Below, in pieces: positions 1-13,289 of a stretch of DNA of 63,193 bases (its first letter is position 1; each line of letters begins with the position of its first letter). A program made the position numbers and the translations under genes. The stretch is from positions 1 to 63,193 of the forward strand of contig NW_021833442.1 in the NCBI RefSeq assembly GCF_006345805.1, written 5' to 3'. The stretch comes from Octopus sinensis (Eukaryota). The notes under the pieces are model-generated. The model was not told where the DNA came from. It saw nothing but the letters and a program-made list of their open reading frames with translations, and did no database searches.

Positions 1-492
1 TATCATGTACATTGTTTTGTCTTGGTATAAAAGATGGGCTACAGCAAATATTCTGCTCAATACCACAGATTTGCTTGTCAGTTGTTTGACCTTAACCAGT
101 TGACCATGTCCCTTAGTGGCTGGTGATATGTGCATCTCCAATCATGAGCGAAGTAATGGGTTAGCATCATAGCCATGTGTTGAGAGGAATTCTTTTGGGT
201 TTGGATGATTCCCCCTGGAAACATGGGTGTTTCGTTCAACATTCTTAAACAAACCATATTCAGGGACCTTATGAGCGGGATGGGCTATTCGATCAGAAGA
301 AAATTCTAACTGGGCCCCACCTGCAAGGTCATGTGCTGTTAATCTTGATATGAGATTACCATGTTTTACTCATATGGTTGTGATGCATGTGCCTGGTTTA
401 CCCTTATCAGACGGGTAGTCATGATGGGTATACTGGGCTCCGTATATTTGTACCCCAGTACAACCTTGATGGCAAGTACTGCTTTCTCATTC
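1..492 (+). mobile_element. ~560-bp non-coding interspersed repeat ending in a (TAA)n tail (5' part cut by the window edge)
   Basis: Clearly homologous to the reverse complement of 53,929-54,485 (e.g. tatcatgtacattgttttgtcttggtataaaagatgggctacagcaaatattctgctcaataccacagatttgcttgtcagttgtttgacc is shared exactly); ends ...ctcattc followed by (aat)n at 493-531. Confidence 0.8.
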
Positions 493-539
493 AATAATAA
501 TAATAATAATAATAATAATGATAATAATAATACGAAACT

Positions 540-1102
540 TTAGTCACGAACTGGAGGGTCAACCCGAGGAATGAGCAAATGTGTTCGTTGTGCCGCATCT
601 GCAACAGAATCGATGAAACCATTGCCCATATCACGAACGAATTCCGTAGACTTGCCCAAAACCACTACAAGTTGTGGCGACACGACCAGGTAACGAAAGT
701 GCTACACTGGAAACTGTGCGGAAAGAGGGAGACTAGCAAAATCCTGTGGGATTTCCCAATCCAAACAAATCAGGTGCTAACAGGCCCCGGACCTAGTGGC
801 GGATGACAAGGGGCACCCCATATCCTGAATAGTTGATGCTGCATGCCCCCCTCCTTTGACCCATGAATTGTAAGGTGAAAAGATAAATACAACTCTCTTA
901 AGTACGAAATAGCCAGGCTATGGAAACTGAAACGGTGAAAATAGTGCCAGTTATTGTTGGGTCTTTGGGAACAGTGTCAGGTGGTATCAAAGGGAATATA
1001 AAGGAAATTGGAATAGAGTTCCCAGTAGAACTGTTACAAAAGGTTTGCCTCCTTTTCATGGCTAGAATAATCAGGAAAGTATTAGCTGAAAAGAACGGAT
1101 AA
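540..1102 (+). pseudogene. R4/Dong-clade non-LTR retrotransposon 3' fragment (CCHC remnant plus restriction-like endonuclease region)
   Basis: Translations CRICNRIDETIAHIT..LAQNHYKLWRHDQVTKVLHWKLC, KILWDFPIQTNQVL and VKIVPVIVGSLGTV...LLQKVCLLFMARIIRKVL match the C-terminal signature of R4/Dong RLE ORFs; broken by frameshifts and deletions. Confidence 0.8.
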
Positions 1103-1109
1103 TATATAT

Positions 1110-1325
1110 TTAAATGATAAACTTCTGGAAAGTTTTACAGATTTTTACAGTTCAAGTGATGGATTGAATCTGTAGTCTTCGAATTAGGTTTCTCCTTTCT
1201 GGTTTTGAGAAGCCTAATTTCTCAAGATTGGTATTTAGACAACGTGTTACATAACTCTGGGACTCAATAATTACAGGTATAAACCTGAACTTGTAATCTG
1301 GATAGAGTAGCTGCAGATTTCTCAA
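1110..1325 (-). pseudogene. C-terminal end of a second, different RLE-type retrotransposon
   Basis: Manual translation LRNLQLLYPDYKFRFIPVIIESQSYVTRCLNTNLEKLGFSKPERRNLIRRLQIQSIT*TVKICKTFQKFII* resembles the RLE C-terminal pattern L..L.....V.IIPVIIGALG.V...L...L..LG...LQ....GT.KI. Confidence 0.6.
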
Positions 1326-1334
1326 TAGTTCAAC

Positions 1335-1752
1335 GTATGTATGTATGTATGTATGTATGTATGTATGTATGTATGTATGTATGTATGCATGTATGCACGC
1401 ATGCGTGGCAACACCGGATGCTTAGCTAGCGAGCAATGGATTTTGTTGTATCCCGCAGTATTGACCCAGAAATCGGTGATGACGTATCTCAGTTGCCTCA
1501 TATTGTGAAGCATTCAAAGAAATCAATCGGTTAGGTAAAGAAAACATATGAGCGAGAAAAGAGAGAAGAGAAATCAAAATTTCATCCCCTTCTGCATCAT
1601 TTTTTGGAGAGGACCTCTTGAAATAGAGGTTAGATGCAAGAGATTTGCGTACAAGGTGTATGTATTAATATATTATATATATATATATATATATAATATA
1701 ATATATATATATATTATATATATATGAATGAATGTTGTATAATATATACATT

Positions 1753-1795
<43 letters not shown>

Positions 1796-2045
1796 CGTAC
1801 ATACATACATACATACATACATACATACATACATACATACATACACACACACACTCACACATACATACATACATACATGCATACATACAAACGTATGTAT
1901 ACATATGTATGTGTGTGTGTGTATATATATGTATATTTGTATTCGTTTGTATATCTCCATTTATACAACATGCGCCTTCTATATATATATATATATATAT
2001 ATATAGATAGATAGATAGATATAGATAGATGATACATAGATACAT

Positions 2046-2104
<59 letters not shown>

Positions 2105-2117
2105 ATATATATATATC

Positions 2118-2148
<31 letters not shown>

Positions 2149-2175
2149 ATATAATATATATATAAACTTACGTAC
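1335..2175. repeat. Compound microsatellites (TATG)n, (TA)n, (GATA)n, (CATA)n
   Basis: Directly visible tandem repeats, with a unique stretch at ~1,410-1,660; source of the YI/SIYL/CMYV ORFs. Confidence 0.95.
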
Positions 2176-2588
2176 ATATACATATTCTGTATATAATCTA
2201 ATCATACCTATGCGCTCATTTTCTTTCTGCCCTTCTCTCACAAAAGCAAAAAATGCATCCCTTGAAGTAAAATAAAAAAAGTAAAATGAATAAATAAGAG
2301 AGTAAAAATAATAAAAAATTTGAAAAAATCTTGAAACTGAAATGACAAAAAACGAATCACATTGGCCTCGTGCCTTGTCAAAACAATTCAATTACCATTA
2401 TATTTATCTATTTTTCTGAAATTCTATTAATCTGTAAATGTATGTATGTGTGTGATTGTGTGTGTGTGTGTGTGTGTATGTATATATATATATATATATA
2501 CATTCAAATATATATACACACACACATATATATATATATACATAGACATACATTCATATATATGTATATATATATAATATATATATAT

Positions 2589-2639
<51 letters not shown>

Positions 2640-3703
2640 CATAACTGTTTATTCTTTATTCTATTTGATTTCGCGCAACAAATGTCGACTCTGCCAAAAT
2701 ATAAATGATTTACCTTAACTCTTTCTAACCGCCAAAACACAACTCGTATTTCACTGCCTTTAATAGCACATAGATACACACACACAGACACACACACTCA
2801 CACATAAGGACCACACCGCTTTGTATACCGTTCCCACTGCGGGCACACAGCTCCGGTGCCTCCCGAGCGCACATCTCATTCTATCTCTCTCTGGTGAATG
2901 TTTCTCGTCACCGGTTTTTTTTACTCAATATATTTACGTTTATCATTCAAATTGTCGACTTTGGAAAATCTTCAACGCCTTTTCGTGTTGTTGGTTTGTT
3001 TCTTGCAGTTATTTGCCAATGGCACACACACACACACACACACACACACATGCTCACACACACACACACACATGCTCACACACACGCTGGCATGCACGTA
3101 CACACATGAACGCACGTACGCACACACACTCGCATGCATACCTACACACATACATACACACACGTACATACACAACACGCATACGCACTTGCATTTATGA
3201 GGGAAAGAATGAGCGAGGCAAACAGAAGAAAATATAGGAATGAAAAGAAGAAGGAAAAATATAAAAAGAGAGAGAGACCAAGAAAGAACAAAGGAAGAAT
3301 GAAAGAATGAAAGAAAGAAAGAATGAAAGAAAGAAAGAATGAAAGAAGAAAGTAAGGAAGAAAGAAACAGAAGGATAGGTAGAAAGCAAAAAACGAAAGA
3401 GAAGAACGGGAATATAATTATGCGTATATATACTTATATATCTATTATGTGCATCCTTCGAAACGTTTAGTAAATGAAACCTTAGCGACTGAAGAAGGGG
3501 ATTTTTCGTTGTGCTTATTGTCCTGTATCTCTCTTTTTTTTGCTTGTCTTGTTCCTTGGTTTGTGTCTATGTGTTTCGTCTCTCTATGTGTTCGACGTCT
3601 TTTTGGTGTCCTGTACACTATATGCGTGTATATGTACATGTAGAGGTAGGTACGTACATATATGTTTATATATATGCATAGTTCTATTTTATTAACATAT
3701 ATA

Positions 3704-3736
<33 letters not shown>

Positions 3737-5006
3737 TACCGCTCACAGAAAAATCTATTGCACGATTTCCTGGATATTCAGTTACACGGACATATTATAT
3801 ATTACTCTACAGATAATAAAATATGTCCATAAACTGATAACCGACTCCGAAAGGGGAGCTTTCTGTGAAAGCCGCATGATTAATTGAATCCAAATCTTTA
3901 CGCGCTCGCGCGTGTGTGTGTGTACGGGGAGAGCGTTGCTTGTGTCTGAGGGGAGCTCGCTTAGAAACAGGGTGGCTTTGTGGTGTTTGTATATTCAACT
4001 TCAACATTTCTCTTGTTACGACTCAATATGGTTCTCAGCAGTATAAATACAATTCGCACGGTACAACTATCATAGCAATCGACTGTATTTCTTTTTACCC
4101 TTAAATCATACTTTAATGCATAAATAGCATAATTAGTAATATATTACAGCTTAACAATAGATAATTGTTTCTATTTGAGACACAAGGTCTGCATTTTTGA
4201 GCAGAAGAAGATGGCGTGACTAATGACAACATCGTGGAATGGGTGCACTTCTGAACTGGCATGGTACTCAAAATTAGAATTTACGTACAGCCTTGTTCCG
4301 CAATGAGACATGTTAGTGCAGCTGTTTGAACGCAAAGGTTTCGTCACGGATGAGTGGTCATTCAATCTGTTTTGGTGATAGTACATGTAGGGTGCACTAT
4401 ATGTACATATTATGTGTGTGTATATACATATATATATATATATCAATCACTAGCAACAATAATTAAGGTGCTGACAATGATGATGATGACAATTGAAATA
4501 TAAAAATCCCTGACAAAGGCTATTTACAACATTTCTAAAAATAGCCCAACAATTGCTGCCTCCGCCAGGGTTAAGATACAGGACTCTTGACATGTCCAAC
4601 AAAGCGTGACGCCTAAACCAACCAATCAGCTTAAGTAATTGAGTGATGCTACACACTGATTGGTCAGAATACAGTTTGCAAAACCTAGCAATCTGGAGCC
4701 TTCACAGGTGTATTTAAGGCACAGATTTAACCATCTCGCTACAGTCAAACATTGTGAAGCATGACTGTCACCACTACTACATGAACCTGAAGATTGCATA
4801 ATTTAATGCATGAAAGTACTAGTTCAATCAGAATGAACACTTAACATTCTATTATTTTATTCTATTTTATTATATTATATTATATTATATTATATTATAT
4901 TATATTATATTATATCATTATAAGATTGTAAATAAAACGTGATATTCAGACAAGGTTGGAATTCCTTTTATTAATATATTCTTCTATACACAATCACACA
5001 CACCCG

Positions 5007-5042
<36 letters not shown>

Positions 5043-5119
5043 TGTATGTATGTATGTATGTATGTATGTATGTATGTATGTACACGCTCACACACACACA
5101 CATATGATTAATTAAAAAA

Positions 5120-5310
5120 AAACGAAGAAAAAAGCAACGACGCGCGGACGTAGTACATGCAAATTATTAAAAGACGCCCAGGGAAGGAAAGAAAGGTTGT
5201 TTAACGTTTCGAGCAAAGCTCTTCATCAGAAACAGAAAACAGAGGAAAGTCCAAGAGAAAAGGAAGACGGAGGGAAAAAATCGCCAACAATCCCCATGTA
5301 GTTACATTTT
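5120..5310 (-). mobile_element. Penelope-like terminal-repeat (pLTR) fragment carrying a hammerhead motif
   Basis: Homologous to 60,920-61,040; both contain aacgtttcgagc..agctcttc.tcagaaac, the reverse complement of a hammerhead core. Confidence 0.55.
5198..5234 (-). ncRNA. Minimal type I hammerhead ribozyme motif
   Basis: Minus strand: tgttt-CTGATGA-a-gagc/ttt/gctc-GAAA-CG-T-T-aaaca: 5-bp helix I, 4-bp helix II, palindromic ACGT helix III, GUU cleavage triplet. Confidence 0.65.
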
Positions 5311-5887
5311 GAAATGACCGGAAGGGAATGGATGAAGAAAAAGTTCTTTCTAAGACAGGAGAGTGTAAGAGGGGGTATCTGAGTGTATGTGCAAGCGCGC
5401 CAGTGTGTGTGTCTGTGTGTGTAATAGCAATTATGTGTGTGTACGTGCGTGTGTGTATATGCATGTGTGTATGTGCGTGTGTGTATGTGCGTGTGCGTAA
5501 GTGTGCGTGTGCGGTATATACGTATATACATGTGTATGTGTGTGTTTGTGTAAGTGTGCGTTGAATTTTTAATCTCGTTTACCGACATTTGAATCTTTAA
5601 TTAAATTGTCCATATTGTCAATATTTTACTCAGACATCCCTATAAATGGATTCTTGTGGGAATAATTGGTACTGCACACACTGAGATGCCGTGTACTCCC
5701 GCAGGTGTGGCACATTTAGAGGTAAACTGTTACGTAGTTCTCAGTCCAATCAATTTCTGAAAATCCGATGAAATTCTTGGTGGTGGTGGTCACGGGAGAG
5801 GCGAGTGAAATGAACTTGATCAGAGTTTAATTGTTGATATTTTTCTACATTTATTAACAGTAGTGTGTGTGCGTGTGTGTATGTGCG

Positions 5888-5918
<31 letters not shown>

Positions 5919-6103
5919 TACATATATGCAACTGTTAATCGAGACACGTTTCCTTTCTCTCTTATTTGTTTCCCATTCTCGTTCCTTCCTTCCTGTTTGG
6001 CTTGAAACGTCATGGGAACTTCCATTTCTCCTAACCGTCAGATTTATACACCTTGTTAGTTGTTCTCTCACTTGTGTCTTTCTTTCGGTTTTTGTACAAT
6101 TTT

Positions 6104-6197
6104 GAAAAAAAAGTAGAATTTGCCGTACGCCTAGGACTCGAACCTACATCTGTTTGATTTTCGCGACAAGTATGCTACCATTGCACTACTGTACACG
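6104..6197 (-). ncRNA. tRNA-like Pol III unit (degenerate tRNA or SINE head) with oligo-T terminator
   Basis: Minus strand: gtacagTAGTGCAATGGTagcatacttgtcgcg...GGTTCGAGTCCtaggcgtacggcaaattctacTTTTTTTT; A box, B box and T run present, acceptor stem poor. Confidence 0.55.
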
Positions 6198-6334
6198 CTA
6201 CTTCAGTCGGTGAGATTTAAGAACTATAATTATTTCGGAGTGTTGTTTTTGTAAACAAACTTTCATGCACTTTTACTGCGATGGTCTTTGTAAAGCAGCG
6301 TCGATTTTTACAGTTTGGTCACAATGAAGCAGGT

Positions 6335-6425
6335 TGTGCGCTAGTGTAATGGTTGCATACTTGTCGGCAAAACTAAGAGGTGTGAGCTCGAGTCCCATGC
6401 TTACGGTAAAACCTACTTTTTTTTT
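6335..6425 (+). ncRNA. tRNA-like Pol III unit (degenerate), paralog of 6,104-6,197
   Basis: gcgcTAGTGTAATGGTtgcatacttgtcgg...GCTCGAGTCCcatgcttacggtaaaacctacTTTTTTTTT; aligns end to end with the minus-strand copy. Confidence 0.5.
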
Positions 6426-6596
6426 CCGTCGAGTGTTCATATGCCACATTATTAGACAATTTTCTTTAGTCATTGCGCGGTGATCGCTTATAAGTTTTAA
6501 GCTTATAAAATACTATCATTATTGACAAAATTGTAAAAATCTATGCTGCTTAACAAAAACCATCGTATATTATAAATTACATTATACATATGTATA

Positions 6597-6815
6597 AGAC
6601 GACGAGCTGTCAGAATCGTTAGCACGCCGGACAAAATGCTGAGAGGATTTCATTCGTCCTTACGTTCTGTGCTCAAATTCCGCTGTGGTCTACTTTAGTC
6701 TTCCTCTTTTTAGAGTCGATAAAATAAGTTCTAGTTGAACACTGGGGATACGGGGGAAATTGACTTTACCCTCTCTCAAAACTGCTGGCTTTGGGCCAAA
6801 ACGCGAGTCCACTAT
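6597..6815 (+). mobile_element. tRNA-derived SINE, family B (gagctggcagaatcgttagcacgccgg...gtcgataaaataag type)
   Basis: Homologous copies at 12,040-12,180, 18,945-19,150 (minus) and 56,390-56,570; A-box-like head. Confidence 0.75.
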
Positions 6816-6830
6816 TATAAATATATATAT

Positions 6831-7205
6831 GAGTGGATGTGTGGTAGTTAGCTTGCTTATCAACCACATGGTTCAGGGTTCAGTTTCATTACGTGGCACC
6901 TTGGACAAGTGTCTTTTACTATAGCCTCGGACCGACCAAAGCCTTGTGAGTGGATTTAGTAGACGGAAACAGAAAGAAGCCCGTCGTATATGTGTGTGTG
7001 TGTGCGTGTTTGTACCCCCACCATCGCTTGACAACCGATGTCGGTATGTTTACGTCCCGTAACTTAGCGGTTCGGCAAAGAGACCGATACAATAAGTACT
7101 AGGCTTACAAATGATAAGTCCTGGGGTCGATTTCTTCGACTAAATGCGATGCTCCACCATGGCCGCAGTCAAAAATGATTGAAACAAGTAAAATAATAAA
7201 AGAAT
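6831..7205 (+). mobile_element. tRNA-derived SINE, family A, full length
   Basis: Head gagtggatgtgtggtag...ggttcagggttcagt (A/B boxes), caccttggacaagtgtc core, internal (TG)n, tail catggccgcagtc...gaaacaagtaaaa; more than ten copies or fragments in the window. Confidence 0.85.
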
Positions 7206-7963
7206 ATATATATATATACAGAGAGAGAGAGAGAGAGAGAGAGGAGGTGGTGTGACTCCTTCCGATATTTATGGATTTTTTTTTTCTTTTCTGTCCTTTT
7301 AACACAGCAAGGTTTTTAGAGATGTTATCTCAGAAAAAGTACATTATAAGAATCTTGTTGGCCCGACCTTACGGTAGAAAACACTTATGCGATATACGGA
7401 GAGTTCGGATTGAAACCGGGACTTTGTAATTGCGAAGCAAAATTCTTTATAAGTACCTGAACGTAATAAACATTCATACACACTCACAAATATATAAACA
7501 AACAGGTACTCTTTAAGAGAATCACGTGTATAAACTCGTACACACTCAGATACACACGCAAACTTGTACACATGCATACTAATGAATATATCCATACAAT
7601 GGACATATTCTAAATACTCATACATGCATGCATACATACATACATGCATACATAATGACAGACAGATAAACAGACAGATACACACATGCACAAATACTCA
7701 CAAACGTGAGAATCTGCATATACACATACAAACATACATAAATAGAAATACACACGCACACACACACGACGCACACACGTGTATGTATGTATGTCTGTGT
7801 GTGCGTGTGTATATATATATATATATATATATACATATGTGTATACATATATATATGTATGTATATATACACACACACACATATATATATATAAGTCTAT
7901 ATCTATATGCATGTATGAATACATACATGCAAAAATATGTATATATATACGTGTAGTATATAT

Positions 7964-7997
<34 letters not shown>

Positions 7998-8515
7998 ATA
8001 TATATTATATATAGGAGGTTTATGTATGAGTATAGATGTCTACATCGGTACTATATGCGTACACACATCGTTATATTCCCAAATACTTGACGTACACCCT
8101 TATACACGTAAATACCTACAAAGACATTTATTGCATCGTTGCACATTTGTTGGTGCAATCAGCTAATTACTGTGTAATATGCTACGTTCGAATGCCTGCA
8201 GTGATGCACGGCAAAAAAGAGCGAGAAAATTTGCTGTGGGAAGTAATTAAAAAATCGCTACACAACAATATCGTTGATGCTCGTTGATAGATCTCCTTTA
8301 ATTAACTGTGTGTGTATATAACTATGCAGTTTGTAGTGTGTGTGTATATATATATTATATATATATATGAATGTGTGTGTGTGAGCGCGTATGTATTTAT
8401 GCATATATATGGCTACATCAATGTATTTGCCTATCTATCTATTTTCTCGTTCACTCTCTTTCTCTCTTTCTCTCCCACTTGCTACACAAAACACACACAC
8501 ACCACATACATACGT

Positions 8516-8555
<40 letters not shown>

Positions 8556-8712
8556 CTATATATATATATATATATATATATAGATAGATAGATAGATAGA
8601 TAGATACAGACTTGTGTGTGTATATATAAATCAGTATACTTTTGAGTATATATATAAAATTTGTGTGTATATATATATATATATATATATACACTTACAT
8701 ATATATATATAC

Positions 8713-8747
<35 letters not shown>

Positions 8748-9659
8748 TATATATATATACACATATATATACACAAAAATATACTGAATTATATATATGT
8801 ATATATACACACGCATATACGTACACACATGCATGCACTATATCATTCTATATATCATGTGTGTGTATGTATGCACGTGTAGATAGATAAATGTTTTACT
8901 GTCTACTATTATATATCAAAATATTATCATATATCCTTATATATTAACTACATATGTCACGACAAACTTGTGATATTTAGTGTTTGGTGCCAAATCCCCT
9001 AAACGCCAGTGGGAAAGTCCCTCCGACGTCATCCGCCAAAGTTGCAGTACAACTTACATTACTCCACAGGAATATATTCCTATACAGCATCCATTGCTCG
9101 AATAGTTTTGTCTGCTACCCTGCAAGGTGTTTCAGCTACAAAAGCGACTGCTTCTTTATTCCAGTTTGGAATATATAAATATATATACAAAGCGTTATGT
9201 ATGCAAATCGGTATATCCTGTTCATTTGGGTCCGCAGTTATTTTGGGTTTAGAAGCTAAGCATCCATGAGCAGTTGAATACAGTCATCAGCAGCTGATGA
9301 CATTTCAATGAAGGATTGAAACTAGTCCGATTGATCTCCCTTGTGTATGTCTAAAAAAGATATTGTCTATACAGATATGGTGTTTGAATCGATCTGTTAT
9401 GTAGAAAGCTAGCTACATTTTATAGATATAGGAATGCACTACCGCATATCGCATACATGCATACACACACATACACACGCACACACACACGCAAACACAC
9501 ATATACATACAAAAATGTATGCTTACGTAGATTGATGTCTACATGTACCAGATTTTATTCATTTCCGTATGTTTGAATGCGTGAAAATGTGTACGTATGT
9601 ATGCATGCATGTATGTACGTATATATGTATAGATAGATAGGTATATATATATGAATCAA

Positions 9660-9840
<181 letters not shown>

Positions 9841-9962
9841 GTGTGTGTATATGTGTATTTATTTATATTTATATTTACTTACACAAGTAAGCGTTTCATT
9901 CTATGTATATATATGTGTGTGTGTGTATGTATATGCACAAGCGTCTGTGTATTTATATATAT

Positions 9963-10013
<51 letters not shown>

Positions 10014-10204
10014 CATATAAGCATACATACATATAGAGAGAGAGAAAGAAGGAGAGAAATAGAGGAGGATTGATTGATTTATTCCTGATTATGTAAGGAA
10101 ATAAAATATATAATTATTACTAAACAAGAAATGAAAATACGAACAGTAAGAGGTATATACAAACATACATACGTACATACATACATACAAATATATATAT
10201 AATA

Positions 10205-10249
<45 letters not shown>

Positions 10250-11300
10250 ATATAATATATATACATATATATATATATATGAATATAAGATTGACGTAAG
10301 TCTGAGGACATCCGCAACGGATTTTATTGAAATTACCTCCCCTTCCTTCGTAAAATGAAATATAAAATAAAGCAAAAACGAACAACAACAATAACAATGA
10401 GGAAATGTAAGAAACAATAGTAACAAGAACTAGCAGAAAATGATAGTGTCCTAGCTGGCAGCGAAATGCACTGTAAATGAGTGCACACAATTATAAGTGC
10501 AAATACGTAGCCATATAAGTAAACAAGCGAGATAATTGACTTCTTCTTGGCACCGCAAAGTGGTCGGTTGATGTGAAAACAGCAATCAGCAGGAGAGGAA
10601 ATAGAAGGAGAAGGAGAGGAAGGTGGTATGGAGAGGCGAGTTAATAGAGAAGGAGAGCTGATTCCATGGAGTTTTAAGATTGTTTGTGCTAAGACAGAAC
10701 CAACAACAAATAACAAAAACAAGCACTAAGCAAAAAAAAAAAACCCCAAGGGGAGTATTTTAAATACATGATGGTAATATACACGTAGACGTACTTGCAC
10801 ACAAATATGCGTGTGTGTGTGTGTGTGTGTGTGTGGTAAAAATGAGTGTATATTGAAATGCTTAAAATGAGTGCGCATTAACTAAGTAAAGAATTCTATG
10901 CAAAAGTAGAATCAGATATTTATATTAATTTTATTGATAGTGAAATCGAAGTGTCACTGGGTGCATGATTTTACATGTGTTTATAGAGATAGAGAGACAG
11001 AGAGATAGATACAGGTAGATATGTATTTACTTACTTATATACATATATTTGTATTAGTACATACTTATATACATATAATAATGTGTGTGAGAAGGTGTGT
11101 GTGAGTGTGTATACCGAATATGTGAGTTCGAGTTCAACGGGCAGCTTTCTACTTGTTCTATTCGAAGGGTTTCTTTACTCGGTATTTATACACTATTATT
11201 TATAGCCTTATCTATTTCGAGTTAACCATTTCCAAAAAGAAATATTTTACGTTCCCTTGAAGTTTATAAATTCTGATGACGTCGATGCATACATGTATAT

Positions 11301-11331
<31 letters not shown>

Positions 11332-11469
11332 CTCATATGTACATCATTACATATACACACACACTCATATGTATAAAAGAACCAACAGTTTATCAAATCT
11401 TGATATTTGGAAAGGGACGTAATCCTCTTTTTATGCCAGCCTAAACGTGTATGCTCTGTTAGAACAAAC

Positions 11470-11676
11470 TATACTGAGGTAGATACCATGAGAGAATCTC
11501 TCATACTGGCTTGTTTAAATCGCTAGCGGGGAGATAAATCCCTACCTCCAGCGCAGGAACCACCAGTTCATCTGGAGGTGACCAGGTTTTATTTACCCGC
11601 CACCGATGTGAACAAGAGCGCATTTTGCGCCAAAAGCCAGTATGACAGTTTCTCTCATGGTATCTACCACAGTATA
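11470..11676. repeat. Fold-back / MITE-like inverted repeat, 43-bp arms
   Basis: 11,470-11,512 is the reverse complement of 11,634-11,676 with 3 mismatches; 121-bp spacer. Confidence 0.85.
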
Positions 11677-12039
11677 CACACACGTTTAAGTGGGGTAAAT
11701 ATTATCTCTGTTGCTAATATATTGTATATTTCAAGAAATTGTTTTTAGTCAGTAACGTGTTTCTTTTTCCAAATATTTGGGTATTTACAAGCACAATGCC
11801 TACGACATTAACAGATTTTGACGGCATTTTTTAAAGAACTTTTTAATGGTATGACTAGAATTTTTTCTGCTGTTGATTGTGGGGAAATTTTCCAGCCGAA
11901 AGGGGAATATTTATACTTCCTATAATTAAATCAATTTTTATAACAATTCTCTTCTTTTCGAATTTAAATTCACAGCCATTTTCTTCTTTGCCGGTTCAAT
12001 AGTTAATGATATTGTCTGTTGATTTTAATTTTAAATTAT

Positions 12040-12180
12040 TCTAAGGCCTGGTCGAATGGCGGAATCGGTAAACTATTTACATTCTGATTTCAAATCCTCC
12101 CCAAGTCAGGATGGATAAAATACAAAAATAAAGTACCACCCAAGTACTAGAGTTAATTTAATCGACTAACTTCTTTTCCC
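12040..12180 (+). mobile_element. Degenerate SINE family B
   Basis: ggcggaatcggta...ttctgatttcaaatcc...ataaagtacc...atttaatcgact matches family B landmarks. Confidence 0.5.
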
Positions 12181-12899
12181 ATCTATCAAATTTCTAGTCT
12201 TGTGTCTAAATTAGTCACAATTTTAATGAGTAATTAATTCTATGGACTACATTTTTACAGCTGTTTCGGCAATGTCTGTTTTGTTTCCTGTCGGTGGCGA
12301 AACCGAGATGCTGCTCAGGGAGACTGAACGTGTGGTAGTGGTGGCGGTGATGATGATAATGATGATGATGATGATGATGACGATGATGATGATGATGACG
12401 ATGATGATGATGAAATGTTATCAGGACAAACTGATCGAATAACATATGGTGAGAAAATAGACGTCAATCGTTAAGTTTTAATGCTATGGTGTGTGGGTAG
12501 GTGTGTGTGTGTGTGTGTGTGTGCGTGCGTGTGTGTGCGTGCGTGTGTGTGCGTGCGTGTGTGTGCGCGCGCACCCACACACATGTATATATATATTGTA
12601 GCAGTGCCCTAAGAATCACATCAATTAGAGAGAGGAGGAGGGGAAGGAGGGGAGGGAAGGACAGAAAGAGAGGGTGGAGAAGAAATGAGAGAGAAGTGAG
12701 TGATAGACGGTGAGAAATAAAGAAGGTGAATGAAATTAGGAGAGAGGTAAAGAAAAATAGAGAAAGATTGAGACGAATGTATTTATGTTACACATACACG
12801 CACATATACACACATACCTACATATATACCTGCAAATACACAGACAAAACACATTCATACACACACACACACACACACATATATAAATACATGTATTTC

Positions 12900-13200
12900 T
12901 TTTATCTTCTAACTATTACTTGTTTCAATCATTAGACTGCAGCCATGCTGAGATACTACCTTTAAGAATTTTTCGTCAAAGGACTCGACTCCAGCACTTG
13001 TTTAAACCCGGAGACGTAAGCACACCAATACCGGTTGTAAAGTGGTGGTAGGTGGGGGGCATGGGACAAACATAGACACAAAGACACACACATACACACG
13101 CACATATATATACGCCGGACTTATTTCAATTTTTATCAACCAAATCCACTCACAAGGCTTGCCAAAGGTGCACTGACTTTCATTTTTGGCTACAGGACCA
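12900..13200 (-). mobile_element. Degenerate SINE family A
   Basis: ttacttgtttcaatcattagactgcagccatgctg and aaccaaatccactcacaaggctt landmarks. Confidence 0.7.
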
Positions 13201-13289
13201 CGCTGCAAGGCTCGGTCATGTATTTTTTTCTTTTTTATAAGGATTTACAGATTCGTACCCGTCAATATGGGACCAGTGAACAGAGAAAA

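Noticed and set aside
4620-4665. Inverted CCAAT boxes (accaatcag...ctgattggt)
   Set aside because: Only 9-bp arms and no associated gene; not distinguishable from chance.
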